DNA from: Macrostomum hystrix
Taxonomy: Eukaryota; Animalia; Platyhelminthes
DNA: 64,000 nt
Assembly (NCBI GenBank): GCA_950097015.1
Contig: CATNEN010000001.1
Span: 1,612,001-1,676,000 of the forward strand
Reading direction: 5' to 3'
The first letter of the stretch is position 1; every line of letters begins with the position of its first letter. The notes below the pieces were generated by a model that saw only the letters and a list, made by a program, of their open reading frames with translations, was not told where the DNA came from and did no database searches. The position numbers were made by a program, and so were the translations under genes. Shown piece after piece: positions 13,558-24,514 of this stretch.

Positions 13558-15364
13558 TGTAACTTTGCTGTTTCTGAATGGGACTGAAAAAAGGTTTGGG
13601 TTTGAATTTCGCACAATTTCGCATAATTTGAAACTAATTTTTTTGCTTACTAGTGACACTAGAATGAATCTATATTTTGCTGTTATGTTAATGTTTAAGT
13701 GTGTTTTCGAGTTTCCTTCTTAAAATGTAAATATTTGACATGAAATATATCACATATATCAATTTTTAGAAAATAAAAAATATGCTAGCCAATATAGGAA
13801 GTAAATAATGTACAAAAATAAAAATTAAATATTCAACTTATAATGCGATCAAAGATTTACTCATGCAGAGTACTGCTTTAGCTACTGACTAATACTCAAT
13901 AGGTTTGAATTAGGTATGATATAATAACATATGTACATATATAATAGAGAATATACAATAACATATTGTACAAAAAAGCTTGAAACTTGTCATTTGGGCC
14001 CCTTGCCAAATCTTTAGGCTCACGATATACTATAACAGAATTAATTGTTCGACATAATTATTAGCTGCATGGAAGCACAAATGTATAAGAGGCTCATGTC
14101 ATGTCATATGAATAAATTAATTTCAAGAATAAATGAAAGATTTCACTGTCTTTTGTATTATACGAAATCTGAGTCAAGTTCACTTTACCTGGGATCAGTT
14201 GTTTTTTTTTTAATTGGGTTCGGAATCCATTCATATACTAGATAAAGGTTATGATCCTGTAATGGTCTTAACATAGAACAATAAAGCAAAAAACTTCTCA
14301 GTTAATTACTTAAGTGAACCTTTTCTGCCAAAAAAGTGCAGCTTTTCCAGAGTTTTTAATATCAGCGATGGCAATCTAGCTTTTAACTATCGATGTCGGA
14401 TTACGATAACAGCTAAAAACAAAACAATAGGACTTAGTAGGACTTTTTGTAAAACAAACATTTAATTAATGATTGAAGAAACAATCTGTTCGTGGAAACA
14501 GGTGCACTTCAAATATTGTCTACGAGTTTAGTCAAACAAATATTTTCTGATTGATTTTCACACGTTAAGCGTATTGTTAGGTCAATCTAAAATGCAGAAA
14601 AATATGCAAAATAAGTCACAATCTTGAGCTTTTCTTTCTAAGATTTCGAATCATTATTCAGTTCTTTTTCGAAACGATGTTTAAATACACACACAACTCA
14701 ATAAGTCTCAATTGGATGAATGTTCAGGTTTTGACTGGAACAGTACTAGTCACTTTTGGTTCACAAATTCCCCTTTTACGTCCTGCATTATCGGCAGGAC
14801 GAAGTTTACGCTTACGTATAGATAACTTATGCCGAAGCGAGAGTGAAACATCGTTTGAAATTAATATGGCTTACGTATGTGTACATTTAGAATTATAGAC
14901 AGTGACTGTTCAAACGGTTTACACAAAGCCCAAAGCCACTTCAACACATAATTTGATCTTAAGGATTGCCGTGAATGTGTAGGGAAAGCACGGGATTCAG
15001 CCAACGAAAGTTTTTCGAACGAACTGCGGTGTACATCTAGCGGTTCTCGTTATCTAGAATTGTATTAAATTTCTACATTACATTTTTATATAAAAACCTT
15101 ACAACACGCAGTCCTGTGCTGCTGTGCTTATCTGGGGGCACTAATTTGCGCAGTACAATGCAAGTTATAGCTGTGCCGTTGCTTATTTATACTGATCATA
15201 ATAAATTCAATTCAAGCCAGTTCATTAGTTTGACTTAAGTTATTTCACTCACAGTCTGTTTAAAAAAGAAAGTTTTATTTTAATTTATTCTGCATGATTC
15301 ATTTAAATAGTCAATTTTGGCATTTAAACTGATCTGCTTTGATATACTGATTGATCAGTGAAAA

Positions 15365-18300
15365 ATGAGTAAACGTAACTGTCTGACACAATGCCTGAGT
15401 CGAGACAATGTGATTTCAGTTGAATCCGAAACTAAAAATGGCAGCGATGGCAAAGTTGTGAGCATTGGCGCCGAAGAAGCAGAAGATGCTAGATCACAGG
15501 TAAGTTTTTATCAAAAAATGCACAGTTCACATCGATCTACTCAAATATCCTCTACTTCCTTTCGATCGACTTAAACAATCTCAGCATTTTATCGATCTTA
15601 AAAAACTATCGTCATTCTCATCGTTCTCATCATTTGATCGATCAGCGTTTTTATCTATCAAATAGAAAACTATAGTCGTTGTTCTCATCGATCTACTCCA
15701 ACGTTGCCACCTTCTCATCGATCTACTCAAACATTCTCACCTTCTCATCGATCTACTCAAACATTCTCACCTTCTCATCGATCTACTCAAACATTCTCAC
15801 CTTCTCATCGATCTACTCAAACATTCTCACCTTCGCATCGATCTACTCAAACATTCTCACCTTCTCATCGATCTACTCAAACATTCTCACCTTCTCATCG
15901 ATCTACTCAAACATTCTCACCTTCTCATCGATCTACTCAAACATTCTCACCTTCTCATCGATCTACTCAAACATTCTCACCTTCGCATCGATCTACTCAA
16001 ACATTCTCATCGAACTCATGGATCTCATTAATCGACTCAAACGTGCTCAATCTCTCCCACTCGCAGCTGGTGAAGCTGCTCAGCAGGTACTGGCCACTGC
16101 TAGTCCTGAGCTGGTGCATGGAGCTGAGTCTAGGCGCGGCAATCTCAATGCCAGGCCCAACCCTGCCCTACCTGGCCTTGAAAATTCGAGAGCCACTCGA
16201 TCGTTTGGGATTTGTCTTCACTGGCAGCTCGCTGACTTCCTGCCTGGCCGCTTGGCTAACGGGTCTAGCCCTTGACAGACTGGCTGGCAACAATAGAGCC
16301 AAGCTGATTGGTCTGTTGCTAGGCAACGCTCTGCTGGTAGCGGCACTGATTTCAACTCCGCAAAGCAACTCGCTGGCTGGTCTCATTGCTGCTCAGTGCA
16401 CAATGGGAGCTGGTGTCGCTGTTATATCAACGGGTGAGTCTTGATGGGATCCTCAACTTGGGATCATTTGAGGATCTGATGTCTCCGAAATTAGCAGAAG
16501 TGAGGGATGGTTGAGCCGTTCGGGAGAAAATCAATTACAACCAAGCAACCAACCTAGCATTTCATTTTTAGTATATAAGATGTTGAACGAAATGTAATCT
16601 AACTCCAGAAAAAGAATTTTAATAGAGAATGAGATTTTGGTAGTGCAATGGATCATAATCGAGAATAGGATCTTAATTGAGAATGGAATTGCAATTGACT
16701 TTGGGATTTCAATCAAGATTTAAGATCTTTAAAGAGAATGGTATATATTTAAATCGAAAATGGGATTCTAATCGAGAATAGTATCTTAATCAAGAATGGG
16801 ATCTTAGTCGAGAATGGGATTTTAATCGAGAATGGGATATTAATCGAGAATGGGATATTAATCGAGAATGGCATATTAATCGATAATGGTTTTTAATCGA
16901 GAATGGAATCATAAACTAGAATGTGATTCTAATCCAGAATGGGATATTATTCGAGAATGGGATATTAATCGAGAATGGGATATTAATCGAGAATGGGATA
17001 TTAATCGAGAATGGCATATTAATCGATAATGGTTTTTAATCGAGAATGGAATCATAAACTAGAATGTGATTCTAATCCAGAATGGGATATTATTCGAGAA
17101 TGGGATATTAATCGATAATGGTTTTTAATCGAGAATGGGATTCTAATCGAGAATGGGATTCTAATCGAGAATGGGATTCTAATCGAGAATGGGATTCTAA
17201 TCGAGAATGGGATTCTAATCGAGAATGGGATTCTAATCGAGAATGGGATTCTAATCGAGAATGGGATCTTAGTCGAGAATGGGATTCTAATCGAGAATGG
17301 GATCTTAATCAAGAATGGTATTTTAGTCGAGAATGGGATTTTAGTCTAGAATGGGATTTTAGTCGAGAATGGGATCTTAGTCGAGAATGGGATCTTAGTC
17401 GAGAATGGGATTTTAATCGAGAATGGGATTTTAATCGAGAATGGGATTTTAATCGAGAATGGGATTTTAATCGAGAATGGGATTTTAATCGAGTATGGGA
17501 TTTTAATCGAGAATGGATATTAATCGAGAATGGGATATTAATCAAGAATGGGATATTAATCGATAATGGTTTTTAATCGAGAATGGGATTCTGATCGAGA
17601 ATGGGATTCGAATCGAGAATGGGATTCTAATCGAGAATGGGATTCTGATCGAGAATGGGATTCTAATCGAGAATGGGATCTTAGTCGAGAATGGGATCTT
17701 AGTCGAGAATGGGATCTTAGTCGAGAATGGGATCTTAGTCGAGAATGGGACCTCAGACGAGAATGAGAAGTTGAGAATGCAATGATTGCTCGAACATCTT
17801 ACCCCCCTATGACCAGTTGACAACATGCTGGTGATATTTCTATTCGGTCCGATCCTGTCCCGGTCACTCTCCCATTCGCTACACTTCTGCATCGGGGTTG
17901 GCGGCTTCTTGGCTCCCCTGCTGGCCAGACCGTTTCTCATCAGCATGGGAGACATTGGCAGCGGCGGAGATGTCTGCGGACCGGCTAGCAGAGACTACTG
18001 CTCAAGGATCAATGATTCTTTGGCCAATGCGGCGACAGTTGCTGTTAAAAGTGCATCCGAACCGGATCTCCAACCGTTGCACTGGCCGTTTGTGATTGTA
18101 GCCTGCCTGCACGGCGTCTGTTTTTGCGGCTACGGCCTATTGCTGTTGGTGAAATTTCAGTTTGATAGGTGCGTATTGAATGTGCAACACTAACCTGAAT
18201 GCCATAGCGGTCTAACGCATTCGCCTCTCTCACCAATGGTTCCTAAGTTCGATTCCGCGGCAAGGCCACATTTATTTGGGGTGCAGCCGAGGAGAGAAGG

Positions 18301-19568
18301 CTTGGAGTCTTGTCGGCACAGTGAAGTTGTACACTGCCTGACGAAGAGAAAAGTCAGAGCGGATGTACACACCTGTGTGAGCGTGTGCCTGCGTACAGTA
18401 TCAGTGTGTGTGTGTGTGTGCTCAGGAGTCAGCGAAACTAGCTGAATTGTCTCGTCGCTGGCTACGGGTCTAGCGTCACTAAATACGGGTCTAAGCCTTT
18501 GACTGCAGCCCTCCTGCAAATTATTTTAAGTTCCAACATTATTCGCATCACCCTACTAGTTAGTACTATCCGCAGTATGTTATTGTCCAATGTATAATTT
18601 TTTTACGGGAAAAATGTAAAGCTAAATCCAATTATTTTCAAGGTACCAAGAATTTGACTATACAGATGCTTCATCAGCTGCCGTTGCTGTCAAAGACAAC
18701 CCGGAGTCTACTTCAGTGGCAAACGCCGTCAACGAGACCGCAGTGCCCAGCAGACAAAAGTGGATCGTCGTGTCACTGTTTGTCTTCTTCTACGTGTTGC
18801 ACGCCGGTCAGGAATCAGGATTTTGGAGCTACCTGTACTCTTTCGGTGTGTGCTCACGCCTCTGCCTCAGCCCCGATCAGGTAAACTGTTACTGACACTC
18901 CCCACCTGTCTGACAGCTGACACTCCCCACCTGTCTGACAGCTGACACTCCCCACCTGTCTGACAGCTGACACTCCCCACCTGCCTGACAGCTGACACTC
19001 CCCACCTGTCTGACAGCTGACACTCCCCACCTGTCTGACAGCTGACACTCCCCACCTGTCTGACAGCTGACACTCCCCACCCGTCTAACCTAATTGCCAG
19101 GCCTCTCTACTAAACACGGTATTTTTTGTTGGCTATCTACTCAGTCGCGGTACTGGAGTTCTAGTGTCGCGCCTAGTTCGACCAACCGTGATGCTGATCA
19201 TACAGCTCGCTGGATGCTTAATGGCAACCAGTTTATTAGCTGGCTGGGGCGATACCCATCTATCCGCAGCTTACATCGGTGTCGCCATGTACGGCCTGTG
19301 CATAGCAATGGTATTTCCAACTGGCATTACTTGGCTAGCTGAGAGGATAGATGTTACAGGTGCTTTAGCCAGCACCTGGTCTATTGGCACCTACATAGGT
19401 GCGAGCACCTACCCATTGTCAACTGGATTTCTGATTGGCGTTCAAAACACTGGCGCCATCGCTATGATGTACTTGGCTGCGGCTGTCTCGGCAGCCTACC
19501 TTCTGGTTGCCTTGGCAATGATGCTGGCGGCTAGAGGGATCAAACATCAGTTCTTGAATTCTTTGTAA
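15365..19568 (+). CDS. Major facilitator superfamily transporter, MFSD4/NaGLT1 (sodium-dependent glucose transporter 1)-like. Exons 15365-15499, 16067-16433, 17817-18168, 18643-18880, 19101-19568
   Basis: Multiple TM helices; motifs MPGPTLPYLA, LHFCIGVGGFLAPLL, FFYVLHAGQESGFWSYLYSF, SRGTGVLVSRLVRP and MVFPTGITW. All introns are GT-AG with matching phases (0,1,2,0). Confidence 0.88.
15680..16012. repeat. 30-bp minisatellite (ATCTACTCAAACATTCTCACCTTCTCATCG) in MFS intron 1
   Basis: About 11 near-perfect units. Confidence 0.95.
16755..17765. repeat. 18-bp minisatellite (GAGAATGGGATTYTAATC) in MFS intron 2
   Basis: Tandem units with an internal ~140-bp re-duplication; related to the large GAGAATGGGATCTTCATT arrays. 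Confidence 0.93.
18200..18484 (+). mobile_element. SINE family A copy in MFS intron 3
   Basis: B-box AAGTTCGATTCC; body GTACACTGCCTGACGA...GGATGTACACACCTGTGTGAGCGTGTGCCTGCGTACAGTATC matches the reverse complement of 1942-2258. Confidence 0.8.
18891..19082. repeat. 25-bp minisatellite (CTGACACTCCCCACCTGTCTGACAG) filling MFS intron 4
   Basis: About 7-8 units occupy nearly the whole intron 18881-19100. Confidence 0.95.
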
Positions 19569-19574
19569 CTCCGA

Positions 19575-21462
19575 AAATAGGATCTTCATTGAGAATGGGA
19601 TCTTCATTGAGAATGGGATCTTCATTAAGAATGGGATCTTCATTGAGAATGGGATCTTCATTAAGAATAGGATCTTCATTGAGAATGGGATCTTCATTGA
19701 GAATGGGATCTTCATTGAGAATGGGATCTTCATTGAGAATGGGATCTTCATTGAGAATGGGATCTTCATTGAGAATGGGATCTTCATTGAGAATGGGATC
19801 TTCATTGAGAATGGGATCTTCATTGAGAATGGGATCTTCATTGAGAATGGGATCTTCATTGAGAATGGGATCTTCATTGAGAATGGGATATTCATTGAGA
19901 ATGGGATCTTCATTGAGAATGGGATCTTCATTGAGAATGGGATCTTCATTGAGAATACCAAAATTCATTGAGAATGTTCATTGAAAATTCATTGATTCAT
20001 TGAAAATTCATTGAAATTCATTGGGATCTTCATTGAGAATGGGATCTTCATTGAGAATGGGATCTTTATTGAGAATGGGATCTTCATTGAGAATAGGAGC
20101 TTCATTGAGAATGGGATCTTCATTGAGAATGGGATCTTCATTGAGAATGGGATCTTCATTGAGAATGGGATCTTCATTGAGAATGGGATCTTCATTGAGA
20201 ATGGGATCTTCATTGAGAATGGGATCTTCATTGAGAATTGGATCTTCATTGAGAATGGGATCTTCATTGAGAATGGGATCTTCATTGAGAATGGGATCTT
20301 CATTGAGAATGGGATCTTCATTGAGAATGGGATCTTCATTGAGAATGGGATCTTCATTGAGAATGGGATCTTCATTGAGAATGGGATCTTCATTGAGAAT
20401 GGGATCTTCATTGAGAATGGGATCTTCATTGAGAATGGGATCTTCATTGAGAATGGGATCTTCATTGAGAATGGGATCTTCATTGAGAATGGGATCTTCA
20501 TTGAGAATGGGATCTTCATTGAGAATGGGATCTTCATTGAGAATGGGATCTTCATTGAGAATGGGATCTTCATTGAGAATGGGATCTTCATTGAGAATGG
20601 GATCTTCATTCAGAATGGGATCTTCATTGAGAATGGGATCTTCATTGAGAATGGGATCTTCATTGAGAATGGGATCTTCATTGAGAATGGGATCTTCATT
20701 GAGAATGGGATCTTCATTGAGAATGGGATCTTCATTGAGAATTGGATCTTCATTGAGAATGGGATCTTCATTGAGAATGGGATCTTCATTGAGAATGGGA
20801 TCTTCATTGAGAATGGGATCTTCATTGAGAATGGGATCTTCATTGAGAATGGGATCTTCATTGAGAATGGGATCTTCATTGAGAATGGGATCTTCATTGA
20901 GAATGGGATCTTCATTGAGAATGGGATCTTCATTGAGAATGGGATCTTCATTGAGAATGGGATTTTCATTGAGAATGGGATCTTCATTGAGAATGGGATC
21001 TTCATTGAGAATGGGATCTTCATTGAGAATGGGATCTTCATTGAGAATGGGATCTTCATTGAGAATGGGATCTTCATTGAGAATGGGATCTTCATTGAGA
21101 ATGGGATCTTCATTCAGAATGGGATCTTCATTGAGAATGGGATCTTCATTGAGAATGGGATCTTCATTGAGAAGAGGATCTTCATTGAGAATGGGATCTT
21201 CATTGAGAATAGGATCTTCATTGAGAATGGGATCTTCATTGAGAATGGGATCTTCATTGAGAATGGGATCTTCATTGAGAATGGGATCTTCATTGAGAAT
21301 GGGATCTTCATTCAGAATGGGATCTTCATTGAGAATGGGATCTTCATTGAGAATGGGATCTTCATTGAGAATGGGATCTTCATTGAGAATGGGATCTTCA
21401 TTGAGAATAGGATCTTCATTGAGAATAGGATCTTCATTGAGGATGGGATCTTCATTGAGAAT
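19575..21462. repeat. 18-bp minisatellite array A (GAGAATGGGATCTTCATT)
   Basis: Starts a few bases after the MFS stop codon; source of the MKIPFS/IENGIF/RMGSSL ORFs. Confidence 0.98.
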
Positions 21463-22263
21463 ATGATAAGCAGTTATTGCTTGATTTTGAATTAAAATTA
21501 TACCTTATTATAAAATATCAATTCCTAAAATTGATGTTCAAATATTTCAAATTGGTAAAAATTGGTATGGGTGTGACGGACACACAATACTAATTTCGAT
21601 AAAATAGCTCTACATTACAGTAAATGGCATCAATTATTAAAGTTTTGATGAATTGAGAATATATAAATATTTGTAAATCGGAATTCTTGATATAAATAAA
21701 TAAATAAATATATATATATTCTCAATACATATATCGCATTGTTTCATATAATTGTTTTTATGAGCTCATTTCTAAAGACTTTGTTTGTAGTTTATGTTTA
21801 TTAATTTGAATATGCTATTTATTAATTATTTATTCCAATTATTAAAAGGTAGCAAAGTAACTAAAATAAAAATACATAACCACCATTTTTTGTGACGAGC
21901 CACCAAAGTTGCATCTCTTTGCAATAAACGCTCATACTGAGAACATGTGCTCTTTAAAACTTCGTCGACTTAAAAGATTAACTTTCAAAATGGTGCGATG
22001 ACGTGCTGGCGGTCACGCGTAGAACGCGCGTAATAATGCGCGATAATTTACTCGTGTACGAATTGCGTACTAATAAACGCATTTTACGAGCGTCACCAAT
22101 TGGGTAAAAAACGCGAGTATTACATGTGTTTCAGCTACGTAAAAACAACACGCGTACATGCATTCGGCAGTTAAATGCGTTTTATGTGCATGATCAGAGA
22201 TTGGGGTTGATTGGATCAGACCTTTTCCCGAATACAGGTGGATCTGTTTCACTGGATTGAGGG

Positions 22264-22298
22264 CCGATTAAGTGAGCAATTAATCTCCAGAGTATAAA
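22264..22298 (+). promoter_or_regulatory. Putative core promoter of ILP copy 1: GATTAA-N8-TTAATC inverted element plus TATAAA (22293-22298)
   Basis: Conserved at the same position in all three ILP copies (TATAAA 28590, TATATA 35781), ~85-110 bp upstream of the exon-1 donor. Function inferred. Confidence 0.5.
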
Positions 22299-22376
22299 TT
22301 ATACTGACTTTTGAAGTGCTTTTTAACACACTCCCTTTCTGTTTTCAAGGCCAGTCTGTTAGACCTCTGCGTTGAA

Positions 22377-23823
22377 ATGTAAGTTCAATAGTTTATGGAC
22401 TATTTGGCAGAATTGCATTGCGCCGTGACAAATTTTGTATCGATGAAGGCTCCCTGAAGTTTCAGGCTTCCTAAAGTTTCAGGCTTCCTGAAGTTTCAGG
22501 CTTCCTGAAGTTTCAGGCTTCCTGAAGTTTCAGGTTCCCTGAAGCCAGGTAACTTGGTAAACGACACAAATTGTTATAGTTATAATTGATTAAAAAATCG
22601 CACGCAATCTTCAGTACTCTGCCTGCGGCCTCACCCAGCAAGAATAAGTAGTTTAGAATCCCTTTCAATCCATTGTTATCGAAGGTCATCGGATCCATCG
22701 TGCAAGCGCAGCTTGACCTGGCTCACAACCAGTGTTGTCCTCATCCTGATGCTGATGACGCCAAGAACTTCGACGGTCGTAGGCGCCGCAACTAGCGGCA
22801 GTTTTAATCCGGTTTTGATAAGGCGTCAGCCATCATATCATGTCTGCTCATTTGGCCTGGTGAACAGGTACAAGTTGCTCTGCAGCTCGAGGTTTCTTGA
22901 ACTGTTCAAAGAATTTTGCACCAGGTACTGCCACTTCTATCGCCAGCAACCCGAATACATCCAGACTCCTAGAGGTGAGACGATTTTTCACCGCTGTCTC
23001 CTATCGATCAACAGAAAAAATCTTGCTTTTCAGAAGCTTACCCGCTTGACAAAGGCACGTGATTTTCTCGTTGACAACTCACAAAAGTGGTGACTAAATT
23101 ATGCACCACAATACCAGAAATGTTACTTCCACACTGGAAAAAAACTTTACTACCCCATTAGAAACACCAATCCCACACTAAAAAGTCAGATCCAACACTA
23201 AATCCCACACCAAATCAGAAACATCACTCCCCAATCAGAGACGTCACTAGTACTACCAAACCAGAAACGTCACTACACCATCAGAAACGTCAGTACCAAA
23301 TCAAAATTGTCCCTATCGAATCAGCTACGTCAAAATCCAATCAGAAACGTCACTTCTCGATCAGAGATGTCACTATACCTCACCAGAAACGACGTCACTA
23401 CCCAATCATATACGTCACTACCACACCAGAAACGACGTCACATTAACCACACCAGAAACATCACTACCACACCAGAAACATCACTACCACACCAGAAACG
23501 ACGTCACAACCACACCAGAAACATCACTACCACACCAGAAACGTCACTATCCAATCAGAAACGTCACTATCCAATCTTAAACGTCACTACCACACGATAA
23601 ACGTCACTACCACACGATAAACGTCACTACCACACCAGAAACGTCACTACCCAGTCAGAAATGTCACTGCCCAATAAGAAACTGAACGAAATTCCGTGTC
23701 AAACTATTCAATTTCACAGATCGAAGAAAGTCTAAAATTGACGATGTTGACGGACTGTTATGTACTTGCTGCGCTAAAAAATGCGACATACGCACCTTGT
23801 TGTCATTCTGCCCTTGTACCTGA
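22377..23823 (+). CDS. Insulin-like peptide precursor, copy 1 (131 aa). Coding exons 22377-22378 (AT), 22685-22974, 23720-23823
   Basis: Spliced product MSSDPSCKRSLTWLTTSVVLILMLMTPRTSTVVGAATSGSFNPVLIRRQPSYHVCSFGLVNRYKLLCSSRFLELFKEFCTRYCHFYRQQPEYIQTPRDRRKSKIDDVDGLLCTCCAKKCDIRTLLSFCPCT*. Signal-like N-terminus, B-chain C-x11-C, RxRR site, A-chain CC-x3-C-x8-C, and a phase-1 intron between B and A. Confidence 0.88.
22453..22545. repeat. 17-bp quasi-palindromic repeat (CCTGAAGTTTCAGGCTT) in ILP intron 1; also at ~28785-28920 and ~35965-36215
   Basis: Tandem units; CCTGAA/TTCAGG arms are complementary. Confidence 0.85.
23210..23680. repeat. 21-bp degenerate minisatellite (CCAGAAACGTCACTACCACAC) in ILP intron 2; also at ~29910-30160 and ~37360-37590
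   Basis: Tandem units, copy number differing between paralogues. Confidence 0.88.
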
Positions 23824-24193
23824 TTCTGTCCCGGCTACAAACAACGGTTTAATTCCAGTGATCGGACAACTGAAGATATCGGAAGAATTATTGACTATAT
23901 TAAATATTGAAACAAAGTTAAGATCAGTAAAACAACTAAACGAAAATAATGTTTGGAACTTCCCAATTAGTTCTACGATATCAGAATGAAAAGCAACAAA
24001 AAAGAAATTCATTGCTTGATAATTCTTTGCTTTCGTTTTTGTTTATTTTTCATCGATAAAATATCAAACAATTATATTCAGTACTAAGCTTCAAAAAAAC
24101 TTCGTGGGCCGCTGCCTAAAGGTGCAGCAGGTGGAATCCCCTGGTTACGTTCTGCTGCTAGTCTTATGGCAATTAATAAGAAAAAATGTACCT

Positions 24194-24263
24194 CCGGTGA
24201 GGCGGATTTGAACCACCGACCTAAGGATCGATGCACAATTTCAGTCCACAGCCTCTACCAACT
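24194..24263 (-). pseudogene. tRNA-Tyr pseudogene, 5'-truncated at the duplication junction
   Basis: Matches the 3' half of the tRNA-Tyr genes (GAGGCGGATTTGAACCACCGACCTAAGGAT). Anticodon arm is damaged and the match ends at TACCAACT. Confidence 0.8.
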
Positions 24264-24514
24264 CATCGTCCTATCATTTCTTTGAATTCTTTGTAAATCC
24301 GAAAACGTTATAAGAATTAGACTAATTTTGAGAAATATAGCAAATATTTTTAACTGGAAATCAAATGCTTGTTTATTTTGATTGAGTCCTTGATAAGGTG
24401 GACCTTGCAGCGAATAAATAAAATCAGGAGCTACATACTGTCACACGAATCTAGACTTTTTACTTAAAGGTTGAATGCTTAACAACTACCCCTAATTCAT
24501 AGCTCCATACTTAA

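Noticed and set aside
18335-18360. Hammerhead ribozyme core (CTGACGA...GAAA...GTC) in SINE A
   Set aside because: No room for stems II and III; CTGAC simply pairs with GTCAG in a plain hairpin.
22975-23093. C-terminal extensions of ORFs 22713-23093, 29495-30016 and 36861-37313
   Set aside because: Read-through into intron 2 past the conserved AG|GTGAG donor; lengths and frames differ between copies.
23696-23989. Track ORFs 23696-23989, 30213-30470 and 37643-37903 (…ATYAPCCHSALVP…) as a conserved protein family
   Set aside because: Wrong frame: they overlap the ILP A-chain exon and conserved 3'UTR. The phase-1 spliced frame gives the insulin A-chain motif.
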